Program-made: the position numbers and the translations under genes
The notes under the pieces: generated by a model
Databases searched by the model: none
Seen by the model: only the letters and a program-made list of their open reading frames with translations
Told to the model about the DNA's origin: nothing
DNA from: Erythrobacter sp.
GTDB lineage: Bacteria > Pseudomonadota > Alphaproteobacteria > Sphingomonadales > Sphingomonadaceae
Assembly (NCBI RefSeq): GCF_023653175.1
Contig: NZ_JAMNXL010000001.1
Location: 314-64,313 of the forward strand
Direction of reading: 5' to 3'
Length of the DNA: 64,000 nucleotides
Shown here: piece after piece, positions 16,895-26,433 of the stretch
Numbering within the stretch: position 1 is the first letter of the stretch
Layout of the letters: the number at the start of each line of letters is the position of its first letter

Positions 16895-19555
16895 TCAGCC
16901 TTCCAGCGAGCGGCTGACCTGCTCGAAGGTGTCGCGCGAGAGGTTGCCGGCGGCGAGAATGCGCTCCAGTTCCGCCTTCATCAGCGCTGCCCGCCCCGGC
17001 TCGATCCGCCGCCACCGCCCGAGCGAAGGCACGAACCGCGCCGCGGTCTGCGGGTTGATCGGGTCGAGCGCGAGGATCACGTCGGCGACCATCCGGTAAC
17101 CCTCACCATCCGCCTTGTGGAAGCCCTTGGGATTGCCCGCAAAGGCCATGTGCAGCGAGCGCACGCGGTTGGGGTTCTTCATGGTGAAATCGGGGTGCTC
17201 GGCCAAGGCACGGACATGCGCGATCACCTCGGGGTGGAGCGACAGCGCCTGCAAGGTGAACCATTTGTCGACCACCAGCGCGTTGTCCTTGTAGCGCGCA
17301 TAGAACGCCGCCAGCTTTTCGGCGCGGGCTTGCGTGTCGAGCCCGCACAAGACCATCAGCGCGCCCTGCCGGTCGGTCATGTTGTCGGCGGCATCATACT
17401 GCTGCGCTGCCAGTTCCGCCGCGAGTGCGGGGTCGGCGGCGGCGATCAGGCCGAGCGCGGAGGTCTTGACCTTGCGCGCCCCGCGCCCCGTTGGATCGCC
17501 CAGTGCCACGCCCGAGGCCCGCGCGTGCAGCGCCGCCAGCTCGCCCGCGAGCGCGGTGCCGATGGCGGCCTTCAGCCCCTCGCGGGCCGTGTGGATCGCG
17601 CCGGGATCGGCCTTGCGTGCCCCCGTGGCCATCGCCTCGAACAGGTAGGTCTCCGAGGGGAGCACCAGCAATTCGCCGCGCATCGCGTCTTCCAGCGCGT
17701 TGTCGGCGAGGCTCGAGCGGAAGGCACCGATGATCGCCGCCTCGCCCGCCTGCCTCTCGTCCGCCGACAGCGCGCCGCTGGCGGTGCCGACGAGGTGGCT
17801 GACGGCAAGCTCCTGCAAGGCTTCCGAACGGGCGAAAGGGTCATCGTCATGCGCGGCGAGGAACACGAGGTCTTCGCGCTCCAGCTGACGTTCGATCACG
17901 ACGGGCGCGGTGAAGCCGCGGTTGATCGAGACGACCGGATCGCCGCCGGCAAGCGGCAGGTCGAAGGTCTGTTCCTCGTCCTCCAGCACCACCAGCCGCT
18001 CCGCCCCGAGCGCACCCGAGCGGGCATGCACCGCGAGCTTGAGCGGGATCGGCATGGGCAGCTTGTCGGGCTGGCCGGGCGTGACCGGGACGGTCTGGCT
18101 GAGCGTCAGCTTCAGGGTGTCGCCCTCGACTGCCTGCGAGACAGTGACGCGCGGGGTGCCCGCCTGGGAATACCAGCGGCGGAATTGCGTGAGGTCGATC
18201 CCCGCGCCGTCCTCGATCGCCTTGACGAAATCCTCGCAGGTCGCCGCCTCGCCGTCGTGGCGGTCGAAATAGAGGTCGGTGCCCGCTCGGAACCGCGCCT
18301 CGCCCACCATCGAGCGCATCATGCGGATCACTTCTGCGCCCTTGTTGTAGACGGTCGCTGTGTAGAAATTGCTGATCTCGCGGTAGGAATCCGGCCGGAT
18401 CGGGTGCGCCAAGGGCCCTGCATCCTCCGGGAACTGCGCGGCGCGCAGGATGCGCACATCCTCGATCCGCTTGACCGCCTCCCCGCGCATGTCCTGGCTG
18501 AACAGCTGGTCGCGCAGCACGGTGAAGCCCTCTTTGAGGCTGAGCTGGAACCAGTCGCGGCAGGTCACGCGGTTGCCCGACCAGTTGTGGAAATATTCGT
18601 GCGCGATCACGCCTTCGACCGCGTCGAAATCGGCGTCGGTCGCGGTATCGGGGTCGGCCAGCACGTATTTGGTGTTGAAGACGTTGAGCCCCTTGTTCTC
18701 CATCGCCCCCATATTGAAATCGCTCACGGCGACGATGTTGTAGAGGTCGAGGTCATATTCGCGCCCGAACACCTCCTCGTCCCACTTCATCGAGCGGTGG
18801 AGCGATTCCAGCGCGTGGTCGGTACGCTCGAGGTCTTCCTTGCGCACCCAGACATTGCACTCGACCACGCGGCCCGTGGCCGTGGTGAAGGGTTTGCTGT
18901 TCGCCACCAGATCGCCCGCCACCAGCGCGAAGAGGTAGGAGGGCTTGGGCCAGGGATCGTGCCATTCGGCCCAGTGGGTGCCATCCCCATTGTCGCCTTC
19001 GGCAACGCGGTTGCCGTTGCACAGCAGGATCGGGAAGGCGGCTTTGTCCCCTTCCATCCGCACTGCGTAGGTCGAGAGCACATCGGGCCGGTCGGGGAAG
19101 AAGGTGATGCGGCGGAAGCCCTCCGATTCGCACTGGGTGCAGAGCATGCCGTTCGAGGCGTAGAGGCCCATCAGCTGAGTGTTGGCGCTGGGGTCGATGG
19201 TGGTGACGATGGTCACCTCGTGCTTTGCGCCCGGAAGGGTGACGACGAGGTCGGGCCCATCCATCCGCCATTCGGCCAGCGCGCCATCAACGGTGACGCT
19301 TGTCGCCTTCAGGCTGTCGCCATTGAGGCGCAGTTCGGGCGAGGCATCGGCGGCAGGGTTGCGTTCGACTGCGAGAGTCGCGGTGACGGTGGTCTTGTCG
19401 AGAGCGAGCCGGAAGTCGAGCGCGGTGGTCGGCACGATCCACGGATAGGGCGTGTAATCCTCGCGCCGGATCACCGGCGGCTCGTGCGGGGTGGGCGCGG
19501 CATCCGCGATTTCGGGGTTGCCGTCGGGGGTGGTGGGGGTGGTTGCGATATCCAT
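16895..19555 (-). CDS. pepN: Aminopeptidase N (M1 family)
   Basis: GAMENKG exopeptidase motif and zinc motif HEYFHNWSGNRVT...LKEG (HEXXH-18-E). 886 aa from MDIATTPTTP. Confidence 0.95.
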   Translation of the reverse strand: MDIATTPTTPDGNPEIADAAPTPHEPPVIRREDYTPYPWIVPTTALDFRLALDKTTVTATLAVERNPAADASPELRLNGDSLKATSVTVDGALAEWRMDGPDLVVTLPGAKHEVTIVTTIDPSANTQLMGLYASNGMLCTQCESEGFRRITFFPDRPDVLSTYAVRMEGDKAAFPILLCNGNRVAEGDNGDGTHWAEWHDPWPKPSYLFALVAGDLVANSKPFTTATGRVVECNVWVRKEDLERTDHALESLHRSMKWDEEVFGREYDLDLYNIVAVSDFNMGAMENKGLNVFNTKYVLADPDTATDADFDAVEGVIAHEYFHNWSGNRVTCRDWFQLSLKEGFTVLRDQLFSQDMRGEAVKRIEDVRILRAAQFPEDAGPLAHPIRPDSYREISNFYTATVYNKGAEVIRMMRSMVGEARFRAGTDLYFDRHDGEAATCEDFVKAIEDGAGIDLTQFRRWYSQAGTPRVTVSQAVEGDTLKLTLSQTVPVTPGQPDKLPMPIPLKLAVHARSGALGAERLVVLEDEEQTFDLPLAGGDPVVSINRGFTAPVVIERQLEREDLVFLAAHDDDPFARSEALQELAVSHLVGTASGALSADERQAGEAAIIGAFRSSLADNALEDAMRGELLVLPSETYLFEAMATGARKADPGAIHTAREGLKAAIGTALAGELAALHARASGVALGDPTGRGARKVKTSALGLIAAADPALAAELAAQQYDAADNMTDRQGALMVLCGLDTQARAEKLAAFYARYKDNALVVDKWFTLQALSLHPEVIAHVRALAEHPDFTMKNPNRVRSLHMAFAGNPKGFHKADGEGYRMVADVILALDPINPQTAARFVPSLGRWRRIEPGRAALMKAELERILAAGNLSRDTFEQVSRSLEG

Positions 19556-19607
19556 GCCGCCCGATTTAGGTTGTATTGCGCGCGGGGCCAATGATTAGGT
19601 TGCAGCC

Positions 19608-20399
19608 ATGGGACAATTGCTGATCTTCGGCCTCGGCTACACCGCGACCCGCATCGCCGTCGCCATGCACGCAGCTGGGTGGCAAGTGCGCGCGACCGGG
19701 AGCACCGGCGACATCGCCTTTGCCGACCGCGACGCGGTGCTGGCGGCGATTGCCGAGGCGAGCCACATCCTCTCCTCCGTCCCGCCCGAGCGGGCGGGCG
19801 GCGATCCGGTGCTGGAGGCCTATGGCGAGGCGATAGGCGCCAAGGCGTTGTTCTACCTCTCCTCGACCGGCGTCTATGGCGACCGCGCAGGGGCCTGGGT
19901 GGACGAGGCCACACCGACCATCGCGGAAAGCGGTGAGGGCCGCAGAAATGCACGGGCAGAGGCCGATCTTGCTTGGCTGGGCATGGGCGCAAGGGTGTTC
20001 CGGCTGCCGGGCATCTACGGACCGGGGCGCTCGGCGCTCGACCGGGTCAAGGAGGGCAAGGCGCGGCGCATCGACTTGCCGGATCAGGTGTTCAGCCGCG
20101 TCCATGTCGATGATATCGCCAGCGGGGTGGTCGCCGCGCTCATGCAGGATGCGCCCTCGGGGGCCTACAACCTCGGCGATGATCTCCCGTGCAGCGGCAA
20201 TGAAGTGACCGAACACGCCAGCCGCTTGGCTTGCTTGCCGCTACCGCCGCTCGAGACGCTGGAGGAGGCAAACCTCTCCGAGATGGCGCGCGGCTTCTAC
20301 ATGGAGAACAGGCGGGTAGCGAACGGCAAGGCCAAGCGCGTGCTGGGGTGGGCGCCGCGGTTTCCGACTTACATTGAGGGGCTCGCGAGCCTTCTCTGA
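19608..20399 (+). CDS. NAD(P)-binding SDR-family epimerase/dehydratase-like protein
   Basis: N-terminal Rossmann LIFGLGYTATRIA. Internal YLSSTGVYGD. 263 aa. Confidence 0.8.
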   Translation: MGQLLIFGLGYTATRIAVAMHAAGWQVRATGSTGDIAFADRDAVLAAIAEASHILSSVPPERAGGDPVLEAYGEAIGAKALFYLSSTGVYGDRAGAWVDEATPTIAESGEGRRNARAEADLAWLGMGARVFRLPGIYGPGRSALDRVKEGKARRIDLPDQVFSRVHVDDIASGVVAALMQDAPSGAYNLGDDLPCSGNEVTEHASRLACLPLPPLETLEEANLSEMARGFYMENRRVANGKAKRVLGWAPRFPTYIEGLASLL

Positions 20400-20470
20400 G
20401 ACACGCTGGAACGGTTCGCAGGACCGCAAGGGCGACCGCCCGCCCGCACGCCGGAGGGCGCGCGGCAAAC

Positions 20471-21394
20471 CTAACGCCGCAGCGCGCCCGACTGCTGCAC
20501 CTGCACAGCCTTCACCCGCCGCGCCTTGAGCGCCAGCCCCATGCCCAGCAGCGCCAGCGCCATTCCCCCCGTCGAGAGCGCGTCCCACACGAAGCCCTCG
20601 AACAGGGTCGACAGCAGCATCGCCACGCACACCGTCACGATGCCGTTATAGGCGGTCCTACCCGCCCCGATCTCGCGCACCAGATTGTAGTGCAGCGGGA
20701 AGGTCACCACCGAGCCGATGATCGCGAGATAGGCCGTGCCCGCCCAGAACTGCCATGCAGCGGGGATCACCGGCGGGCCTTCGGTAGCGAAGGCATAGGC
20801 AAGATCGAAGCCCGTTCCGTACAGCATCGCCCAGGCGAGCAGGCTCACCATCGGCACCCCGCGGCCGGTCGGATTGGCCTGCACCACATTGGCGATCGAG
20901 GCGGCGAGCATCCCGCCCACCGCCAGCGCGATGCCGAGGCCGACATTACCGCCAAGTGGAGCAGCGTTCCATTCGTGGACCAGCAGCATCGCCACCCCGG
21001 CGATGGCGACAAGGCTCCCGCCGATGAAGCCGCCCTGCACCTTCTCGCCGATGAACACTCGCGCAAACAGCGCATTGGGCACCATCAGCAGCGCGAACAT
21101 CACCGCGACAATGCCGGAGGTGATGTGCTGTTCGGAATGATAGACGAACAGGAAATTGCCGCTGAATTGCGCGATCCCGACGCCGAGCGCCAAGAGATGC
21201 TCGGGCCGGTTCAGCCGCAGCCGGTTGCCCATCGCCACTGCCAGCGCGAACAGCGCAGGCGTCGCCAGCATGAAGCGGTAAAATACGCCCCATGCGGCGG
21301 GCACGTCGGAAATCTGTCCGGTGATGACGAACCAGGTCGAACCCCAGATCGTCCCGGTCAGCATGAAGGGGACGAGCACGCGGGGGCTGAGCAT
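20471..21394 (-). CDS. EamA/DMT-family transporter
   Basis: About 10 predicted TM helices with two EamA-like halves. Trimmed to MLSPRVLVPFMLTGTIWGSTWF (21394), 20 nt after the upstream gene's stop. Confidence 0.85.
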   Translation of the reverse strand: MLSPRVLVPFMLTGTIWGSTWFVITGQISDVPAAWGVFYRFMLATPALFALAVAMGNRLRLNRPEHLLALGVGIAQFSGNFLFVYHSEQHITSGIVAVMFALLMVPNALFARVFIGEKVQGGFIGGSLVAIAGVAMLLVHEWNAAPLGGNVGLGIALAVGGMLAASIANVVQANPTGRGVPMVSLLAWAMLYGTGFDLAYAFATEGPPVIPAAWQFWAGTAYLAIIGSVVTFPLHYNLVREIGAGRTAYNGIVTVCVAMLLSTLFEGFVWDALSTGGMALALLGMGLALKARRVKAVQVQQSGALRR

Positions 21395-21414
21395 GGTGGG
21401 CGCGTCAGGCGAGC

Positions 21415-22434
21415 TCACAGCGCGGCGATTGCCTTGCCGAGCGCGGCGGCATCCTCGGGGCGGGTGTTCCAGGCGGTGACGAAGCGCGCCGAATCCGCGC
21501 CCCAGTCGTAGAAGGCGAAGTCCTGCGCCCGCAGCGCGGCGCGCTCCGCCTCGGTCAGGCGCACGAACAGCTCGTTCGCCTCGACCGGGTGGAGCAAGCG
21601 GTCGGCACAACCTGCGGCGACTTCCTGCGCTGCCGCGTTGGCGTGCGCGGCATTGGCGAGCCACAGGTCATCCTCGAGCATGGCGAGGATCTGCGCGGCG
21701 AGGTAGCGCCCCTTGCATTGCAGGTGCCCGGCGCGCTTGCGGCGGTAGCGCACCTGCATCGCGGCCTCGGGGTCGAACAGCACCACCGCCTCCGCCCCCA
21801 TCCCGCCGTTCTTGATGAAACCGAAGGCGAGGCTGTCGACCGGGCCGCTCGCCGCCCGCGCTGCCCCTGCCGCCGCGCCGCCGAGGAAGGCCGCGGCATT
21901 GGCAAAGCGCGCCCCGTCCATGTGAAGGCCGAGGCGACGCTCCTTGGCGAAAGCGCCCAGCGCGGCCAGTTCGGCGGGCGTATAGGCACGGCCATATTCG
22001 CTCGCCTGCGTGATGGCGATGGCGTGGGGCTGCACCTGATGCACGTCATTGCGGATCGGGTCGATCAGCGCGGCGATGTCCTCCGGGGTGAGCTTCGCGC
22101 CCTCGCCTTCCGCCAGCATCAGCTTGGCGCCGTGGAGGAAGAAGCCGGGGGCGCCGCCCTCGTCCACCTCGATATGCGCCTCGCGGTGGCACACCACCCC
22201 GCCGTGGGGCTGGACCATCGTGCCCAGCGCAAGGCAGTTCGCCGCCGTCCCCGTCGCCACCCACAGCGCGGCGCACTCGCGCCCGAACAAGGCGGTGAAG
22301 CGGGCGTCGAGCTGGGCCGAGAGCGTGTCCCCATCGTACGGGTTGTCCGGTCTGTCGGCGCTGCGCATCGCCTCCCACAGCGCGGGGTGGACGGCGGCGG
22401 CATTGTCGGACAGGAAGGGCTTGGCGAGGCTCAT
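21415..22434 (-). CDS. ltaE: Low-specificity L-threonine aldolase (PLP-dependent)
   Basis: LSDNAAAVHPALWEAM..., ATGTAANCLALG, and the PLP-lysine context FGFIKNGG. The start at Met 22434 versus 22446 is uncertain. Confidence 0.85.
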   Translation of the reverse strand: MSLAKPFLSDNAAAVHPALWEAMRSADRPDNPYDGDTLSAQLDARFTALFGRECAALWVATGTAANCLALGTMVQPHGGVVCHREAHIEVDEGGAPGFFLHGAKLMLAEGEGAKLTPEDIAALIDPIRNDVHQVQPHAIAITQASEYGRAYTPAELAALGAFAKERRLGLHMDGARFANAAAFLGGAAAGAARAASGPVDSLAFGFIKNGGMGAEAVVLFDPEAAMQVRYRRKRAGHLQCKGRYLAAQILAMLEDDLWLANAAHANAAAQEVAAGCADRLLHPVEANELFVRLTEAERAALRAQDFAFYDWGADSARFVTAWNTRPEDAAALGKAIAAL

Positions 22435-22486
22435 CGGCCACGCCATTACCCGCACATTCAGGCGTGGCAAGCCGGAGGAGCATCCC

Positions 22487-22804
22487 ATGCACGAAGAAAG
22501 CGCAAAGCCGACAATAACCCACCATGTCGCAGGCCAGGGCGGCCGCTATGTCGCGGTGGTCGAGGGGTCGCCGGAAGAAGGCTATCTCGAATGGGAGCCG
22601 GGCGGCAGCCGCGAGGGCAAGGAGATCCGCGTCGCCGCGCACACCATCGTGCCCCGCGCGATCGGCGGGCGCGGCGTGGCGGGCGCGCTGACCCTCCGAC
22701 TGGTGGAGGATGCCGAGCGGCAGGGCTTCCTGATCCGCCCCGATTGCTCCTACGTGGCGAGGAAGTTTTCCGAGAACCCCGACTGGGCCGCGCTCAAGGC
22801 CTGA
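22487..22804 (+). CDS. Small GNAT-like (YjdJ-type) acetyltransferase-fold protein
   Basis: 105 aa from MHEESAKPTITHH. C-terminal GRGVAGALTLRLVEDAERQGFLIRPDCSYV is typical of the short GNAT_acetyltran family. Confidence 0.75.
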   Translation: MHEESAKPTITHHVAGQGGRYVAVVEGSPEEGYLEWEPGGSREGKEIRVAAHTIVPRAIGGRGVAGALTLRLVEDAERQGFLIRPDCSYVARKFSENPDWAALKA

Positions 22805-24336
22805 GCGACCGGCGGTGAGTGGGGCGGGGCATCGAGCCGCGAGTAATCGGTCGCGGTGATCGTCTCGAGCACCTGCGCCCGCAAGCGCAGCGCCTCGGCG
22901 AGCGGGACGCCGCGCATCGCGAAGCTGCCCCCGGCAAGCCCCAGGTGCACCGTCGCATAGCCCCTGAAGCGCGCCACCGGCCCCTGCGCGATCTCGACCG
23001 AGTGCAGCTTCAGCCGCGTCGCGATTTCCTGCCGGGGCGAAAGGAAACCCTGGCTGGCGTAGATCTGGGCATCGTCGATCGCGTGGCGGCGGAATTCCCA
23101 GGCGTAGAGGTTCGCCCCCACTGCCAGCACCGCGAGGCCGAGCGGGATCAGGAACAGGCCGGGAGGCGCGACAATCGCCGCCACGATGGTCGCTGCCACG
23201 AAGATCGCCGCATCGCGCGCCGCCAGATCGTTGCGGTGCCGGGTGCTGGCGCGCTGCCATTGGGTGGTATCGCCCGGCAGTCGGAACCCTGACGCGGCGA
23301 CGATCGGCGCGATCTCGGTCATGGTCGCGAAAGGCGCGACCACGTGGCTCTGCTCCTTTTCGTCCTGCGCGAGGCTGACGAAGCTCAGCGAATGCCAGCC
23401 GAAGCGGTAACGCACCATGCCGGTGCCGATCACCAGCCCCTGCACGCGGTGGGCCGGCATCACCACGTCGGTGCGGGTCAGCAGCCCGCGCTGGCGCCGG
23501 AAGCCGCGCGCCGAGCGGGTGAGCGTGAAGCCCCAGTCGCGCAAGGCAGTGCGCACCACCCCTGTGACCGAGCCGACCACGAGCAACCCCGCCAGCCCCG
23601 CCACCGCTCCGAGCGCCTGCGCATAGGGGCTGAGCGTCGCCACCGTGCTGCCCTGCTGCTTGAGCCAACGGTACCAGGGGTCGACATTCCAGACATCGAT
23701 CCCGGTGACGTTGTCGAGATATTGCAGCGCGCCGCCCAGCACGGCGAAGACCGCGAGCGAGAATTCGAACAGGCCGAACGTCAGGAGCCGCCCCGGCGCA
23801 AGCGCGAACAGCACCTCCCCTGCATCGTCCGCAGCGCGCGCGGGTGCGGGTGCGGCGGGGTCGGCTGACGCGGCGGCGGCAAGCTCCGCCTCGTCCTCGC
23901 GCCGCTCGCGCACCAGCTGGCGCAGGCGCTCGCCCTCGGCAGCGGTGAGATAGGCGAGCGCAAGGTCATCCGCCCCGCCCGCCCCGGTCTCGAACTTGAC
24001 CGCGACCAGCCCCAGCAGACGCGGCAGCAGCTTGGCTTCGAGGCTGACGTCCTGAATGCGTTCGAACGGCACCGAGCGGGCGGCGCGGCTGAGGATGCCG
24101 CTCTCGACCCGGATGTCGGCCTCGGAAATGGTGTAGGTGAGCCGCCGCCAGCCGATGTAGCTGATCGCGACGCCGATGGCCACCGCCGCCACCCCGACGC
24201 CGAGCGCGACGAGGAACCCCCCGCCCCCGCCGACGCCGGAAAAGGCGATGGCGATGGCCGGAAGCACCGCGCTGCGAACCGCCCCGAGCGCGCCGATCAC
24301 GATGCCGAGCGGAGCGGCGCGGCGGGTGTCGCTCAT
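22750..24336 (-). CDS. YdbT-like membrane protein with repeated bacterial PH (bPH2) domains
   Basis: 528 aa from MSDTRRAAPLGIVIG. Alternating TM hairpins and repeats of the type ...RL.Y.I....I....G.L.R....VPF.RIQ.V... Confidence 0.8.
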   Translation of the reverse strand: MSDTRRAAPLGIVIGALGAVRSAVLPAIAIAFSGVGGGGGFLVALGVGVAAVAIGVAISYIGWRRLTYTISEADIRVESGILSRAARSVPFERIQDVSLEAKLLPRLLGLVAVKFETGAGGADDLALAYLTAAEGERLRQLVRERREDEAELAAAASADPAAPAPARAADDAGEVLFALAPGRLLTFGLFEFSLAVFAVLGGALQYLDNVTGIDVWNVDPWYRWLKQQGSTVATLSPYAQALGAVAGLAGLLVVGSVTGVVRTALRDWGFTLTRSARGFRRQRGLLTRTDVVMPAHRVQGLVIGTGMVRYRFGWHSLSFVSLAQDEKEQSHVVAPFATMTEIAPIVAASGFRLPGDTTQWQRASTRHRNDLAARDAAIFVAATIVAAIVAPPGLFLIPLGLAVLAVGANLYAWEFRRHAIDDAQIYASQGFLSPRQEIATRLKLHSVEIAQGPVARFRGYATVHLGLAGGSFAMRGVPLAEALRLRAQVLETITATDYSRLDAPPHSPPVAQALSAAQSGFSENFLAT

Positions 24337-24346
24337 GCGGCGGCCC

Positions 24347-24853
24347 TCACAGGGTCTCGCGGCGGATATGCGCGCGGATATCCTCACGCATGGCGCGCGC
24401 CAGTTCCTCGCCCAGCCCCGGCAGCGAGACGCTGGCATTGTGGTTGCCGGCGGTGTGGAGCGTCAGCGTGGCGATCCCGAAGAACCGCTCGAGCGGGCCC
24501 TGCGCCACGTCGATATGCTGTACCCGGCCGAAGGGCACGACCGTGTCGGAGCGGAACATGAGGCCGCGCACCACGCGCAGCCGGTCACTGCCCATCTGGT
24601 AGCCGCGCGCGTTGAAGCGGGACTGGGGAATGCGGATCACCAGCGCGATCACGATCAGCAGCACGACCCCCGCGACAAGTCCGGGCGGCACCAGGCCAAG
24701 CTTGCGCAGCGCCACCTCGCTCACCGCAGCCGCGACCAGCACGGGGAGCGAGCTCAACGCGGTCTGCACCCGCAGGGCGTGGGCATAATTGGGGTGAACC
24801 CGGGTGAGTTCGTCGTCCGCGTCGGGCAGCGGGGGAACGGGCGGCTGGTTCAT
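24347..24853 (-). CDS. YdbS-like membrane protein with a single bPH2 domain
   Basis: 168 aa. TM hairpin, then GYQMGSDRLRVVRGLMFRSDTVVPFGRVQHIDVAQGPLERFFGIATLTLHTAG. 10 nt upstream of the YdbT-like gene. Confidence 0.8.
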   Translation of the reverse strand: MNQPPVPPLPDADDELTRVHPNYAHALRVQTALSSLPVLVAAAVSEVALRKLGLVPPGLVAGVVLLIVIALVIRIPQSRFNARGYQMGSDRLRVVRGLMFRSDTVVPFGRVQHIDVAQGPLERFFGIATLTLHTAGNHNASVSLPGLGEELARAMREDIRAHIRRETL

Positions 24854-25006
24854 GGTGCCTTATCTGCGCAATACAGCACCGCCACGCAAGCGGTTTCGCG
24901 CGGGGGCAGTCATGCGCCCGCCCCCTAGCGCATTTATGAGGACGACGGCGGCGGCGCGGCCCCTTAGAACCGGCACGCCACCCATCTGCCTGAAAGAGAG
25001 AACCCC

Positions 25007-25654
25007 ATGATCACCCTGCATTCCAGCCTCGGCCCCAACCCCCGCCTGGTGCGGATGTTCATGATCGAAAAGGGGCTCGAGGAAGGCCGCGATTTCGCCC
25101 GCGTGCATTACGACATCATCACCGGCCAGAACCGGCAGGACGCCAGCTACATGGCGCGCAACCCGCAAGGCACCACCCCGACGCTCGAGCTGGAGGACGG
25201 CACCTGCCTCACCGAAAGCTGGCCGATCTGCGAATATGTCGAGGAGCTGCACCCCGCCCCCAACCTGTTCGGCGAGACTCCGGTGGAGCGGGCGACGGTC
25301 AGGAAGTGGGCACGCCTGTTCGATCAGGAGGTCGTCGTCCCGATGACGATGGCGTTCCGCGCCACCACCGGCCGCCCGATGTTCGAACCGCGCATGACGG
25401 TCGTCTCGACAGAAGCGGGCGCGGAGCTGTTCGCGCTGGCCGACGAGAAGTGGCGGCTGTTCGACGGCTATCTGGGCGAGAAGGACAATATCGCGCTCGG
25501 CCGCTTCACCTTCGCCGACCTGATCATGTTCGCCTTCGCCAATTTTGGCTTCACCGTGGGCTGGAAGCTGCCCGAGGGCACCGACAACCTCGCGCGCTTC
25601 GTGGCGGCGCATAACCAGCGGGCGTGCGCAGCAGTCTGGAAGGACAGCGAGTAA
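25007..25654 (+). CDS. Glutathione S-transferase family protein
   Basis: 215 aa. Thioredoxin-like N-domain (ITLHSSLGPNPRLVRMFMIEKG...GTTPTLELEDG) plus an alpha-helical C-domain. Confidence 0.85.
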   Translation: MITLHSSLGPNPRLVRMFMIEKGLEEGRDFARVHYDIITGQNRQDASYMARNPQGTTPTLELEDGTCLTESWPICEYVEELHPAPNLFGETPVERATVRKWARLFDQEVVVPMTMAFRATTGRPMFEPRMTVVSTEAGAELFALADEKWRLFDGYLGEKDNIALGRFTFADLIMFAFANFGFTVGWKLPEGTDNLARFVAAHNQRACAAVWKDSE

Positions 25655-26433
25655 TGCCCGACCTCGCCGGGAAGGTCGCGATCGTCACCGGCTGCGCCTC
25701 CGGGATCGGCGCGGCGACGGTGCGGCGGCTGCGAGCGGACGGGGCCGAGGTGCTCGGCACCGATGTCGATGCGCAACGCGGGCGAGCGCTGTGCGAGGAA
25801 GTCGGCGCGCGGTTCGCCGTGCAGGACGTGTCCGACCGCGCGCTCTGGCCGCATATCGTGGCGCAGGCAGTCGAGAAATTCGGGCGGCTCGACATTCTGG
25901 TGAACAATGCCGGGATGGTTTCAGGCGCAGGGATCGGCGATCTCGATGACGAGGCGATGTTTGCGGCGTGGGACCGCGTGCTCGCCGTCAACCTCACCGG
26001 CACCATGGCCGGATGCCGCGCCGCCCTCGCCGCAATGCGCGCCAATCCGGGCGGCCCCAAAGGCGCGATCGTCAACATCGCCTCGACCACCGCGATTGCC
26101 CCGCTGCCGACCGATGTCGGCTATTCGGCGAGCAAGGGCGCGGTGCGTGTGCTGTCGAAGTCGGTCGCCACATGGTGCGCCAAGGCCGGGCTCGCGATCC
26201 GCTGCAACACCGTGATCCCCGGCGCGACGCATACCGGGATCCTCGATGCGGCGGAGGTGCAGATGCCGGGGCTGATGGCGGCGGTGGCGAAGACCTCGCC
26301 GCTGAACCGCCTCGCCGATCCGGCGGAGACAGCAGCGGCGATTGCCTTTCTCGCAAGCGACGAATGCCCCTTCATGACCGGCGCGGAAATGCTGGTCGAC
26401 GGCGCGGCGATGGCGATCCATCCGGGGTTTTAG
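25654..26433 (+). CDS. Short-chain dehydrogenase/reductase
   Basis: TAATG overlap with the GST stop. VTGCASGIGAA cofactor motif, NNAG, catalytic YSASKGAV. Confidence 0.9.
   Translation: MPDLAGKVAIVTGCASGIGAATVRRLRADGAEVLGTDVDAQRGRALCEEVGARFAVQDVSDRALWPHIVAQAVEKFGRLDILVNNAGMVSGAGIGDLDDEAMFAAWDRVLAVNLTGTMAGCRAALAAMRANPGGPKGAIVNIASTTAIAPLPTDVGYSASKGAVRVLSKSVATWCAKAGLAIRCNTVIPGATHTGILDAAEVQMPGLMAAVAKTSPLNRLADPAETAAAIAFLASDECPFMTGAEMLVDGAAMAIHPGF

Noticed and set aside
17117-19594. 825-aa plus-strand ORF
   Set aside because: It is antisense to pepN, which carries the GAMEN and HEXXH-E motifs. It has no motifs of its own.
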